DNA of 64,000 bases, taken from contig NC_057751.1 of the NCBI RefSeq assembly GCF_004010195.1, forward strand, positions 6,642,863-6,706,862, written 5' to 3'. The notes below the pieces were generated by a model. The model did not search any database. It was not told the origin of the DNA and saw only the letters and a program-made list of their open reading frames with translations. The DNA is from Chiloscyllium plagiosum (taxonomy: Eukaryota). Shown here in pieces: positions 25,271-37,692 of the stretch. Within the stretch, counting starts at the first letter, position 1. Every line of letters starts with the position of its first letter. Both the position numbers and the translations under genes were made by a program.

Positions 25271-25889
25271 AATTCACAAGAGTGAAACGAATTCTGAAAA
25301 CAGAGACTTCTGAATCAAAGACAAGAGTGCTGAGACAGACAACAACCCACTGAGCCAAGGATGATACACACTCAATGTAAGTTTAGAAAATATGCAAGAA
25401 ATCCAGTTGATTCTCTCAGAATCTTTTTTGAATTTTTTGCAATATGCACTCCATTTCATATTCAAATTCAAGTAAGGCAAGACCTTGAAGCAATTACAGA
25501 CAGCGTAATCTGGAGACATGTTGCCACAGTGTCACAAGTGAACAATTTTCAAGGATCTGCCCTTGCCCCCCAACTCCCGTTTCTCATCCATATGTTGTTC
25601 CTCAGCAATATTATCTATAGACCAGTCATTTTCTAAATACAGACTGACAGTTGCCAGCTCTGCCACACCACCACTTTTCTCAACACCCTCAGTACCTCCA
25701 TGTTTTCATGCCTGTCTTTGGTGAAGCAAAATTTCCTCTGCGTTCATAATGGCAAGAATCACAACACAGTGGCAGGAATTGAAGACAAACTGCATTTTTC
25801 ACCTGTCAATTCCATCTCTCTGCAACATCACCCTGGCCACTCTCAGGATAAACCAGAACGTTTTCAAATGAGACATCCCCAATTAGCAC

Positions 25890-26940
25890 TGTAAAGGTGA
25901 TGGTGACTTGCATTCTTGAAAATATGATATCCATTTGGTGCTGGTAAACCCACATCACTGTTAGAAATGGAGTTCTAGGATTTTGCAGGTGAAGGAATGC
26001 TGATAAAGATCCAAATCAGGATAGTGTGTGACTTGGAGGGGAACTTGTAGGTGGTGATTTTCCCATGTATGTGTTGTCTTTGACCTTAGTAGTGATCATG
26101 GCCTTGGAAGATGTGGCCTGAAGAGCCTTGGTGAATTTCTGCACCTCCTCCTGGAGATGGTATGCGCAGTTATTACTGTGTGTTGGTGATGAAAAGAATT
26201 AATGTTGTGGATATGATATCAGTCAAGTAGGCTGTTTGTCCTTGATGGTTTCAAGCTTCTTGAATGTTCTCAGAGCTGTACTCAGCCAGACAAGCAAGAG
26301 AGGTTTATAAAATCATGAGAGGTGTAGATAAGGTGAATAGCAAACATCTTTATCCTCGGATGGGGGTGTTCAAAACTAGGAGGAGTTTTTTAGCATGAGA
26401 GGAGGAAGATTTAAAAATGACATGAGGGGAAACTTTCTTACACAAAGAGTGGTTTGGATGTTGAATAAACAGCCAGAGGAAGTGGTGGATGTAGGTACAG
26501 TTATAATGTTTAAAAGACACTGGGATAAGTACATGAATAGGAAACAAGTGTAGAGACTTGGGCCAAATGCAGGCAAGTGTTACTAGTTTGGTTTCAGAAC
26601 ATGGTCAGTGTGGACGGGTTGGATCAAAGGATCTGTTTCCATGCTTTGTGACTCTCTGGCTCCACAAGTACTCCATCACACTCTGATTTGTGCCTTGTTT
26701 GAACATGCTTTGGAGAGTCAGGTGAGTTACTTGCTGCATGATTCTGAACCTCTGATCTGCTTGTCACAGTAGTTTTATGTGGCTGGTCCAATTGAGTTTT
26801 TGGTCAATTGTAATCCAGAATATTCATATTGGGAGGGTTATAGGAGATATTTGGGAGGAGTGGTGAGATGCAGGGTGGGGAGGGGGGTTCAATGACATTA
26901 ATGGCATTGCTTGTCAAGTGTCATGGTTCAGTTCTCTTTG
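25890..26940 (-). mobile_element. CR1/L2-group LINE 3' fragment (same family as 4338-6105)
   Basis: caggatagtgtgtgacttggaggggaacttgtaggtggtg matches 4533-4570; interrupted by a CR1. Confidence 0.75.
26297..26662 (+). mobile_element. CR1 3' fragment
   Basis: gaggtttataaaatcatgagagg...ctgtttccatgctttgtgactct. Confidence 0.85.
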
Positions 26941-27164
26941 CCTCCTGCAGCCTGTTTTCTCAGTTTTTGAAGGGATGGAGATTGAAGGAACTTCAGGCCG
27001 TGACACTTAAATAAATATTGTATGACCTTCAAGGGATTTGTATAGTCCCTCAAGTTTTGTGTATCCCACAACCCAGGTTAAGGCCTTTATTTGGACCCCA
27101 ACTGGTCCTGCTGAATTTGGGTTCTCCACCTGTATGAATCATGCCCATCTCTTTCCTGGTCACC

Positions 27165-27332
27165 AAAAATGGGATTGACGAGTAATGAGGATAGTATGCC
27201 TTTTTGGGATGGAAATAGCCATCCTAGCCTGATCAGATCTGCATGTGACTCTACATCCACAGCAAGGTGGTTGATCCTCAACTACACTGTAGGATAAATG
27301 TTGGCACAGCCAGTAATGCTCACATCCTGTGA
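27165..27332 (+). mobile_element. SINE 3' half with LINE-derived tail
   Basis: catgtgactctacatccacagcaaggtggttgatcctcaact...ataaatgttggcacagccagtaatgctcacatcctgtgaa. Confidence 0.5.
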
Positions 27333-27399
27333 AGTATTTGTGGTGGCTTGTGATCATGAAAGGCAGTTTAAAAATGCAAGCACTTCCTTCTCGGTGTTG

Positions 27400-27598
27400 A
27401 TTGAAGAAGGTGTGTTGGTTAGTTAACTTGGAGCATTTTCCTGTAGCACATGCCACAACATCTATCTGAAGGGCTCAGTTTAACATCTCATTTGTTCGTC
27501 AAAGAGACAGCACTTGCAGCAAAGCAGCTTGAGTTATGTGATTGATCCTCCTACCTCCTGACTCAGAGGTGAGAGTGCTACCAACTGAGACAAACTGT
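27400..27598 (-). mobile_element. DeuSINE remnant (head and Deu core)
   Basis: cagtttaacatctcat...gacagcac...ctgactcagaggtgagagtgctaccaactgag. Confidence 0.6.
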
Positions 27599-28129
27599 CA
27601 CTATGTAATACACACTGTCTAACATTAATTATCAATTTAAGACTGTGATGTGAGTTGGACTTAACTCATGCAGTACATCATGTTAATTATGAACTAACTG
27701 TTTGTACCATGATGGTGACATAATCTGGCTTGTGATCAAGCCGATGCAATAATCTAATTGTGTCTGTTTAATTTGGGGATTCGTCAATATTAAATGACAC
27801 TTCAAGCAATGCAGCACTTACTATCATCGGTGTCTTATTTCAAATTAGTGTTATAATTTCATCTGGATCAGGTTTATGTCACACTGTGGAGTTTAAAATC
27901 TGACACTTGCACATCTGTCAACCTCATGTAAATTCTCTCAGCAATATGCATTTTTAAAATAATTACCGATTTCCGCTTGTCATGAGCGACAATGTCACTT
28001 TGTTTCATCTGACATCCTGCGAGGTCTGGAAAGAGTGAGGATCAATTCTCGATGCTGGGGTTATGCAACAGGTTTTTCAGGAGGAAGCATAAATCACGGA
28101 GAACAAACTTTGATAAATCTCTGACGCTT

Positions 28130-29900
28130 GGGCTTCAAGGGTTAACGTGGATACATGTTTTTTGCGGCAGTCCAGGTGCAATGCTCTGAGGTCCCTGGAT
28201 CAACATATTACCTCGAATTCGCACGGTGCCTGCACACCGGGAGCAAAGCATTGCAGAGGGCAGGCAAACGCGCCGGTTCACTTGGCCGTCTGAGAGCAGC
28301 AAAGGCCAGCGAGGAGGGAGGGGAGAGAAGAGTGTTTCGCCTCTGCCCGTTGTTGGCATAAGGTCTGCTTTGCTTGCGGCCGGGGTCGGAGTGGAGGGGG
28401 AGGCTAAATCTTGGTCAGCCCTGTCCCTCTCCGAGTGGACGTGTATGTATGCGTGTGCCGGAGAAGAGGAGATCTCAAGCAGCATTTTTTCCCTCCAGCC
28501 GCAGACCCCGCTTGTGCTGCAGAACGACACGCGTCTCAGCCCAGGCGGGGAAAGGGGAGCACGCGCTGGCCCCGCGCCCTCCCATTGGCCGCCTGTTGTC
28601 TGTAACATTCCATCTTTGGAACGCGGAGACCTGCGGCACGGTGCCGATTGGAGGAGCCTGACTGTCAATCAAAGCGCCCGCGCTCAATCAGGTCCGCCTG
28701 AGCGCAGCAGGTTGCAACATACACACACACACTAAACAGGGACCCTCATCGCAGAGCCGGAGTTTGGTTAAAGTGAAAGGATCAGCCGCTCGACCGCAGT
28801 CCGACTCTCCCGCCTCGAGATGACCCGCCCTCGTTAGAGTTAAAGAAGTCGCAGGGCTTGAGGAGGTTTGCGCGCATCCAGGATCCCTCCCGCCCAGTCA
28901 AGGGACCATGAAGAAACTGCTACTGGGATGTTGCTGGCTGCTTCCTTGGGCTCTCCTCGCCGCAGGTGGAGGGGAAAAGGGTAAGGGGGTTGGGGGCGGG
29001 GGTAAGGCGCGGAGGGAGTAAAGTGCTGTACGTTGTCATTGCCCATCTTTGTATTGCAGCCGGTCGATGAAAGAAATGAGATGTGAAGGGGCGCTGCTGG
29101 GACCTGGGTCCCTTCCAAAGAGAGTGACAGCCAGTTAAGTTCACGACAAGAGCAAAGCGTGGCAGTCTGAACCTGCCACTTGGGCAGGGTTGTTAAAATC
29201 GTGCTCGGACCAGTATGCGTGAAATGGTCAAACTCCGGGCATAATTGAATAGGAGGTGGTTTGATTTGAGGAGAGAACGTATGATGGCCAAGGCAACGGT
29301 TTCAAATTCCATCTGTCAGGCTGAAAGTGCCTTCTGGAAAATGAATTGCCCGTTGAGGCTGTAAACCGTGGAAAGGTGAACAGAGCGTCAATTCTTCACT
29401 CCGGTATCTCACTGACTGCAGGACACTGCATCGATTTCTCAATTACAGTATCGGAATGACCGAGAGGATCTGTTAAAAACAGCTCCTCTCACCTTCTTCC
29501 CGTGTTCTCGCTTCTGTTTGCGAGCAACAGTCCCGGAGAGAGACTCGACCCGGTGTCCCTCTCAAGTCGCCAGCGGTTCAACAACTACCTCCCCACCACC
29601 ACCTCTCGCCCCTCCACCTCCCCCAACCCCATCATGTAAAATACTCCTAGACTTCAAAGTTGTCCTCCACCGAGAGATTGCAGTACAACAATTTGATACT
29701 TCTAAAATGTAACAAACGACAAGGTGAAATCGTTCCGAACTAATGATGAGCAAACGTTGTTGGGGGTGGGGAGCGGGGAGACTTCCGAGAGGTTTCTTTT
29801 CCCCCGTTTAGTTTGTTGAGATATTTTGGATCCAGCTCGCTGTAATCACACAAACGCCGGGCAATCATGCAAAACAACAAAATACCGTACGCTTTTCTGT
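28130..29900 (+). promoter_or_regulatory. CpG island and promoter of the + strand gene
   Basis: Sharp local rise in CpG and GC against CpG-depleted flanks; ATTGG boxes at 28584 and 28647, CTGTCAATCA at 28662-28671, GC-rich boxes; contains the first coding exon. Confidence 0.85.
28908..28980 (+). CDS. First coding exon (signal peptide) of an unidentified secreted or type-I membrane protein
   Basis: Kozak ggaccATGa; MKKLLLGCCWLLPWALLAAGGGEK+G (basic N-region, hydrophobic core, small residues); strong donor AAGG|gtaagg, phase 1; inside a CpG island. Too short for the ORF track. Confidence 0.8.
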
Positions 29901-32900
29901 ATTTCGAAGTTTATGTCTGAAGCAGGCTTTTAACGAACTGTCTTAGAACTGTTTGTCCAGTAAGTTTCGGAGGGAGAATTTGAGCTGTTAAACTGCAATT
30001 TTCCATGTCCTGTATGTATACGGCAGGACCTTGGAGAGCTAATTCTGTGCATGGGCTGCCTGGCATGTCTCGGCAGATGCACCGAAATAAAACAAAAACT
30101 CCTCTGCAGATTAGTTGGGTGGACTCAATTGCACACGTGTACTTACTCTACACTTTTCTGAGTGCGAGGAAAAATGCTAGAATTGAATTTCCTGTGAACT
30201 TGTTTCGTTCAAAACTTGGGCTTAAATATTTTTTGAACGCAAATTCATTTTTTCCTCATATGTGCAATGGGGCCTGCAGTCTTCCATTTAGAAACCATAT
30301 AAATCTTGCCTATGTGTTTGAGTTATGGTTGGTCAGGGTCTGTTGGCTGGTCATAGATCAGGTTGGAAAAAAACTTACTGCATTAGAACAGTGGCAGTAA
30401 AATGCTGTAAATTTAACGAGCCTGCCGTAGGGACAGGTGCTTAAATGCATTTTTGCTTAGAAACGAAGCTTGAAATCTGCAGCAAACAAGGAAGTCTGGG
30501 ATGGGGGAGTTTATTGACACACAGGAACAGTGCTCTGAATTATTTTAGCATCTCTGTGGAAAGTAAGTTTGTGTTATGCGTGTGATAGATTCTATGTGCG
30601 TCAAAGTTTTTTATTTTAAATTTGTACCAAATTTAAGTCATTATGCCACTCTGCTTGATTGATAGTTTTCAACCTGTACAAGTGTGCCTCCTTCTGGAAG
30701 TCCCAGCCACTGCATCTGTCTGGGAAGCCCTCAAGACAAGTGATGCAGTCTGACCTTCTCAAGGACAGTTGGATGTATTTTCAGAAGAGTCAAATGTTCC
30801 ATCAACAATCTCAGTTCGGTTAATCTGAACGTTAATGGAATAAATTGTATTCTTTTCAGACCAATCTCCTGATGCAAAAAATAATTTCAATTGTATTACA
30901 GTCAAAGAGCAAGGCAAATTTCATGTTCATTAAACTCCCTTTCCAGCCATTCCAATTGTTTCAATTCAGAGTTGCTGATCTGTACAGAAGAAGCAGAGGT
31001 TGGTTACTATTGAGTGACAAGTGCCTATCATATTCACTGCGGGTTTAACCACAAGTTCTTTTCCCTCCAGTAATACCTTAGTGTGTACACCAGATGAAGA
31101 CTTCGGACTGATTATCTTTGATAAACCCCAATAGTTCATCATTCTTTGGGAGGGAGAGAAGAAAACAAATTGAAGAGTTTGGTTTAAATGAAAATTTAAA
31201 GCATGTACCTTTAGAGATCACCCCAGGGAGCAGCATTCGCATGGCTGAATGTTTGACTATCCTTTGCTCCCAACTTCGATTTTTTTTTAAGGTGCAGGAA
31301 CTTGATTAGCTGGAATGAAATGTTGAAAAAGCATTTTTACTTTCCCCAACTTGTTGGTTTTGGTTTTGAAGAAAGAGCCTGAAAACATCTGAATTGATAT
31401 TTGTGTGCATAGTGTAGCTGCAATTGAGCTTTTTGCCAGAATTGGATAACTGTTAGGTGAAAACAAATTGTTGGCAGCATTGTGCACCACCATCTTAACA
31501 CGGATGATGTGAGAGAATGCAGATACACAGAATTTATCAGACTGATGTGAAATTGGCATAATTCATATCTCGATCGATGTGCCAGAATATCCTCACTCAC
31601 ATCCATATACTTCTTGTCTTCCATGTCTTTCTCCTTTCCTCTTTGTTAAACAAATGTACCGGAAAAGACTTGTCTTTTTCATCTCAAAGAAAGCCGAGAC
31701 ATGAAAGAGATAATTTAGATTTAATGCAAATTTAATGCTATGCTGCTTCAATGACTTTATAATTACAATATTGCAATTATAGTTAGATATATGAGCTGCT
31801 AATATACTCCCCAGCCCTAAACTACTGTAAAGGTACAACAAAATTTTTAAACTGAGGAGAAACTCTTTTTCTTCAAGGATCCTGCTGTTCCTCCAGTTAT
31901 TGTGAATCCAATTGTCATTTGATGTTGATTGAATCATTCATTATGATTTTGGGAACCAGGGGCAGAATAGCAGAGGAGTTAAGCTTCAGAGGTTTATCAT
32001 CCAGTACTTCATGTAAAATGTATTTCCCGTCATCCTATGAAAGTGGGATGTCTGGCACAGTCGTTATAAGATCAAGTGTGAATTTGGCTCTTGAGATCCA
32101 GTTGTTGTTTACCAGTCTTATAATCCATTACTGAATTGCAACCTCCTTTGGGGGATGCTATTTGTCATGTGTAATAAAAGCTTTGTGCAGTGTGTATCAC
32201 ATTTTAATGTGTGCATGTAAGGGGTCTTTCATTCTTCTGACTGGCTCATTTTGTCATTCTATTTACTTCATTGTCATCACAACTCATCATTACCAGTTGA
32301 CAGGCCCTGCACCCCACCCTGGGCAAGGACCACGAGAAGACACCCTACAAAATTGGTAGAATTGAGAGTGATGATATTTCAACTCAAGGTGTGTTCCTAT
32401 TGATGAGGAACCAGGTGAAGCAGTTGTATAGAAATCCATAGCCTTAATGTGAGCCTTCTCAATTCCTACATAAAACCTTCTGAATTTGTGAGTATTCTTC
32501 CTGATTGAAAACAAAGATGAGAATCATCACTTTACTCCTTTCTTATTGCTCCATTGCTACAGAACTCTGTGCGTCAGGCAGCATCTGTGGAGAGGTAAAT
32601 AAAGTTCATGTTTCGGTTGAATGATCATTCTCATTTAAGATCATTGACTGAAAACAAAGGGGTTCTTGTTTGCTCTCAACAAATGTTCTGCTGAGCAGTT
32701 CCAACATTTTCTCTTTTGTATTCCATAATCTCCTAAACTGCGCAATGTTTTATTCCGTAACCTTTACTTTGTGGGCATTCTTTTTTCTTCTGGGAAATAG
32801 TGTAAGTTATACATCTCCAGGGCATAGTTGCAGTCAGTTTAATCAAACTCACTAAGCTGTTGATAAAGAGTTGTGACTGCCATTGGGAATACCTGTTGGG

Positions 32901-34419
32901 TATCAGTCTATCCCTAATCAAGTGGTTGGCTTCTCAGGAGAGCATTATTTGTCTTCTACCTATGAAGTGTTTAATATTGTATAAAGTGATTAAGTAGCTA
33001 CATTAGTGGATGTACAATAATCAACCCATTCTTGCCTTCTGTTTTCTGCCCCACCTCTCTATTCTTAAAATAGTTCCTTCTACAGGGACCATTCACATCC
33101 ACATTGTACAAACTTCCAAATTAGTCAAGTGGGAACAATGTCCTCTGTTTAATTCCCTGATTGTCAAGAGCTGATCTGTGAAGGACTCTCTAGGGTGTCT
33201 CTGTCATACCCTTTAGTCATTGATTGACACAGATCATGTGAAAAATCCTGTCCTTTCCCAGTTAGATTCCAGCTTTGCGAGCTTCTCATTTTAACGTAAA
33301 TCTTAAATTCTTTGACAGCAGTTTGATTCAGAGGTGACTGTGAGCTGGAATAAATAAAATAGCTGCAGATTCAGCTGATTACATTGTCCCTGATCTTGTG
33401 GATGGGAAACAGTGATAAGAGGTTGGGCAGTGGGACAGGATTTTATCGCTGATGAAAGGATATAGACTGGTCTCAAATGTCACTGTCGCCTTAGCATAAA
33501 AATGCAGTTTGCATATTTGTCAACTCAGTTAGGTTCAATTTTCTTGAATGCACAGAATAAATTAGGCACATTAAAAATTAATTAATTTACGATTAACCTG
33601 ACTCATATCCATGAAGGTGGGTAAATCGATATAACTTTTAAAATTGTCATTTTTGATTTTTTAAAAACAAATGCAGGACACTGCTCTGGTTATTTAAACA
33701 AGATATTTACAGTATTTATGATTAGTTCATTTTTACGTTGTACAGAAAAATGTGCATCATGTCACCAGTCTTAAACATACAAATGATTTTATTGTGATTT
33801 TATGTTTATGTTTATAATGGAAAGTTGGTTTCCAATATTAGACAATTTAAGCCTAATTTCTTGATTGCACCCTCAATGTAAACTGTAATTATGCAAGTGC
33901 AGACCAGGTAAAGAAGTGTTGAGTTATTGTGAGTACTACTGAAGAAGTCAGCTGAAATCATTGGATATAATGGGGAAAGAGAGTTTGACCCATTTAGTGT
34001 TGTCTCTTTCAATTAGTCATTCCAGTGACTGAGGGGGAAGGTTAATCTTAATTGTCACATCAGTCATTCTCTTCTCTCTCTGAAATTCGCAAGTGAAAAA
34101 GAAAACAAAGCATGAGTATAAATTCTCTCTGGACCCTCTTAGCAAAAACAGTAGCCGACGATATTTGACAATTCAGTGAATCAGCCATGTCCCAGTAGGG
34201 ATCATGTTCTGGGCTTCCTTTGGCTCTGCTGGCAATACTTCTGCTTTTCATGCCATTAAACTTTGAGTTGAAAGCATACTCCAGTATTTGATTTCGTCTC
34301 ACTTAACAGGCTGTGGATGTGCTTCATTGTCAAAAGTTTTGTGTTCTTGGCAGGCTTGAAAACTCCGGACCCATTGTTGATCTGCTTCTGTCTTACATTA
34401 CAATAAAACAAAGAACTGT

Positions 34420-35310
34420 GGTTGCATCTCAGTGACACCTGTACCCATGATGCCATCTTCTGCGCTGATGCCTTGGAACTGTCCACTTTTTTCCTCAAAC
34501 GAAGATTCTCCATCACCTTTATTGAAAGGGTGACTGATTGATTTTCCACACTTTACTCACTCTTCCTGTTTCTCTCCCCCATCATCGATCGAGTACCCCA
34601 GTCCTCACTTCAAATCTCACCAGCATCCCCATATCCAGAGGACTGTAAGCCATCATTCCCATCACCTCCAGCAGGATGACATGACCAGACACATCTGCTC
34701 CTTCCATCCCTTGTCAACCTTTTACAGGGACCCTCTGGGACAGCCTGGTCCTTTCCTGCTTGCAAAACTTCCCCACACTCCCAGGGCACCTTCCCATGCA
34801 ACCGGAGAAGGTGCAACAGCTGCCCGTTTACTTCCTCCCTCCTCACTATCCAAGACCCCAGACAGACCTTCCAAGTGAAGCAGCAATTCACTTGCACTTG
34901 ACTCAATCTATTCTACTGCGCTCACTGCTTATAATCTGGTCTCCTCCACGTGAGGGAAGACAAAACGAAGACTGGATAACTGTTTTTCGAAACATTTACC
35001 TTCTGTTCATAAAAATGAACCTCAGCTCCCACTTAAACACACCACTGTGTTCCCCGACCAACATTTCTGTCTTGGGCTTGGTGCAGTGCTGCACTGCAAA
35101 CTGGAAGAACAGCATCTTTTTCTCTGCATGGGGACTCTGCAGCCTTCAGGATTCATTATTGAATTCAATACTATTAGAATCTATACACCTTCTATGTCCT
35201 TTACCCACCCCTACACCACAGACTCTCTCATGACAAGGGCAACCTTCAGCACAGCCAACCCATTTTCACCTATTTACGGTTCTCATTATCAGCTTTTCTT
35301 TCTCCCTGAC
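34420..35310 (+). mobile_element. Decayed Penelope-like element (RT C-terminus and GIY-YIG endonuclease region)
   Basis: Frameshifted QTFQVKQQFTCT*LNLFYCAHC..GLLHV..TKRRLDNCFSKHL at ~34860-35000. Confidence 0.7.
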
Positions 35311-35437
35311 AAATCTAATAAAAACACAAGGTTTAAGTCCTTGGTGGTGTTTACAGAACATGTAACTCATTTCTCTCTAAGTAGAGGTGATGTACGGTTT
35401 AGGGGGATGCAGGTGTCAAAACTGTAATAGTACCTCC

Positions 35438-35762
35438 TTAGGTTAGATTCCCTACAGTGCAGAAATGGGCCTTTCGACCAAACATGTCCACACCGACCCT
35501 CTGAAGAGTAACCCACCCAGACCCATTCCCCAACATTTACCCCTGACTAATGCACCTAACACTATGAGGAATTTAGTGTGGCCAATTCACCTAACCTGCA
35601 CATCTTTGGATTGTGGGAGGAAACCAGAGCACCCGGAAGAAACCCATGCAGATACGGGGAGAATGTGCAAACTCCACACAGACAATTGCCCAAGGCTAGA
35701 ATCAAACGTGGGTCCCTGGTGCTTTGAGGCCACAGTGCTAACCACTGAGCCACCGTGCCATC
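35438..35762 (-). mobile_element. HE1-type V-SINE, near full length
   Basis: ttagattccctacagtg...gagaatgtgcaaactccacacagac...gtgctaaccactgagccaccgtgcc. Confidence 0.92.
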
Positions 35763-36094
35763 CCTATAGTGTGGAATGAGGCCTATCGACTCTGCACCGA
35801 CACTTCAAACAGCATGCCACCCAACAATAACCCTCTCCTCCCAAACACAAACTGTCTCTCCATAATCCTGCAGTTACCATGGCTAATCCACCTGCTCTAC
35901 AATTCCCTGAACACTACCAGGGCGATTTAGCATGGCCACTGCACCTAACGTGCACAGCTTTGGACTATGGGATGAAACCAGACCACCCAGAGGAATCCCA
36001 TCCAGACGGGGAGAATGTGCAAACTCTACACAATCAAACTTGGAACCCTGGCACTGTGAGACAGCAGTGCAAACCATTGAGCCCCTCTGCTGCC
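35763..36094 (-). mobile_element. Second, older HE1-type SINE adjacent to the first
   Basis: Same V-domain (ggggagaatgtgcaaactc) and head, more diverged. Confidence 0.8.
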
Positions 36095-37484
36095 ACAGTG
36101 TCCGTCAAGAGTTGTCCCTCAAATGACATCTTGCTTCGTGTTCAGTTGTTGAATACTAGAAGTTAAATGCTTTTCAATGAAGCCGAGGCAGACACTTTCT
36201 AGTTTAATTTACATTTCAATCAACAAGCCAAATGGATAACTTTTTAATATGCATTTAATACAATTAACTAACGAGTTTATAACAGCTTGTTACCATTAAC
36301 TCCTAGATATAATGTATCCTACCAACAGAAATAGTTATTAACATATTGTATGGTATTTTAGTGGGAAGTTTCATATTTTCAGAAAGAGCCTGAGTACAGA
36401 AAAACATCATTCAACTAATTTTGTATCTACTAAGTAACTTCAATCCGAAAAGGAAATTGCTTGTATCAAATCATTATAATTGGTAGAAAAGTATTGGATT
36501 TTTATTTTATGGATTGTGTTCAGTGGAATTTATTATAATTCTCTTGTGTGAACAAAGACTGTCCTGCCAAGCATCTCATTCTTATTGATCGATTATTGCA
36601 ATTTGAAAGATACATCCGTGCCAATCCTTGTTCTTTTCCACGAATTTTCTTCAGCACATTGTGTTCTGAAATCCAAATTCTTTGTTGATCTTTCTCTGTT
36701 TTAGTTCTCTAACCTACTCACTCTGTGTCCCTTTCCATACTAACAGGTCCTCTTGTGATGAACCACCCCAACTCCCTAATGCTTCCACTCATGGTCATTG
36801 CCACACTGGTTACCAACTGGATTTCCCAGTCTAATCCTCTCCAACTTGTTCCATCACTTCCCACTTATAAAAAACACATTAAAGATGCTTATGCCACATT
36901 CTCCAGTCATCTGAAACATGTCAAGATTGTGCTCAAATGAGTCCCTTCCCTTCCCACAGTTCCTGAGTTAACTGCTCAGTGTAAATATTCAAATCTCTGT
37001 AATATAGTCATAAAGCTCATCACTTCTTTTCTCTGTTATTTTAACAAATGCATCAGTAGTCTGTATTGGTTAATGCATTATTAAATCCTGAGCGATTTGA
37101 TCAGATTATCCTAAATTTTAACTTGCTTTAACTTGTTCAATTACATTAATTTAAACTCAGGCTCCAGTAGACTTTATACAATAATATCAAAGCACAATTT
37201 CCAGGCCGAAGGCAGCTTTTTCCTATCAAGGTAAGTCTTTAATCAAAGCAGTTTTACTGAAGCTTCAAACCATATAAAAGTGATCCAATCCCAAACTATC
37301 TCAGCATATGTCTAAACACAAAACACAGAAATACTAATGATTAACGTAAAGATTATAATCAATATAGAGGTGCATGAGCTGCGTACAGCAATGCAGTTTT
37401 CAAATAGCATTAGTTAGACCAAAAGGCAAACTAAAGATCTTTGAATGACGCGAGAACATAGCACAAGAGACCTACTTTATTGAT

Positions 37485-37692
37485 TTAAAAATCACACAAC
37501 ACCAGATTATAGTCCAACAGGTTTAATTGGAAGCATACTAGCTCTCGGAGCGACACTCCTGACAGTCACCTGATGAAGGAGCGTCGCTCCGAAAGCTAGT
37601 GTGCTTCCAATTAAACCTGTTGGACTATAACCTGGTGTTGTGTGATTTTTAACTTTGTACACCCCAGTCCAACACCGGCATCTCCGAATCAT
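37485..37692 (+). mobile_element. Penelope-derived foldback insertion (second PLE family)
   Basis: 76-bp inverted arms 37485-37560 and 37577-37652; TSD tactttattgat/tactctattgat (37473-37484, 37693-37704). Confidence 0.8.
37567..37601 (+). ncRNA. Minimal type I hammerhead ribozyme motif
   Basis: cac-CTGATGA-a-ggagc gtc gctcc-GAAA-gc-TA-gtg: intact core, 5-bp stem II, stem I cac/gtg, palindromic minimal stem III. Confidence 0.7.

Noticed and set aside
28135..28735. 177-aa and 169-aa ORFs in the CpG island
   Set aside because: GC-rich, stop-poor promoter sequence, overlapping on both strands, with no domain features.
28908..28980. Assigning a gene symbol (several receptor families have similar-sized phase-1 first exons)
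   Set aside because: Signal peptides are poorly conserved and no diagnostic exon 2 is in the window.
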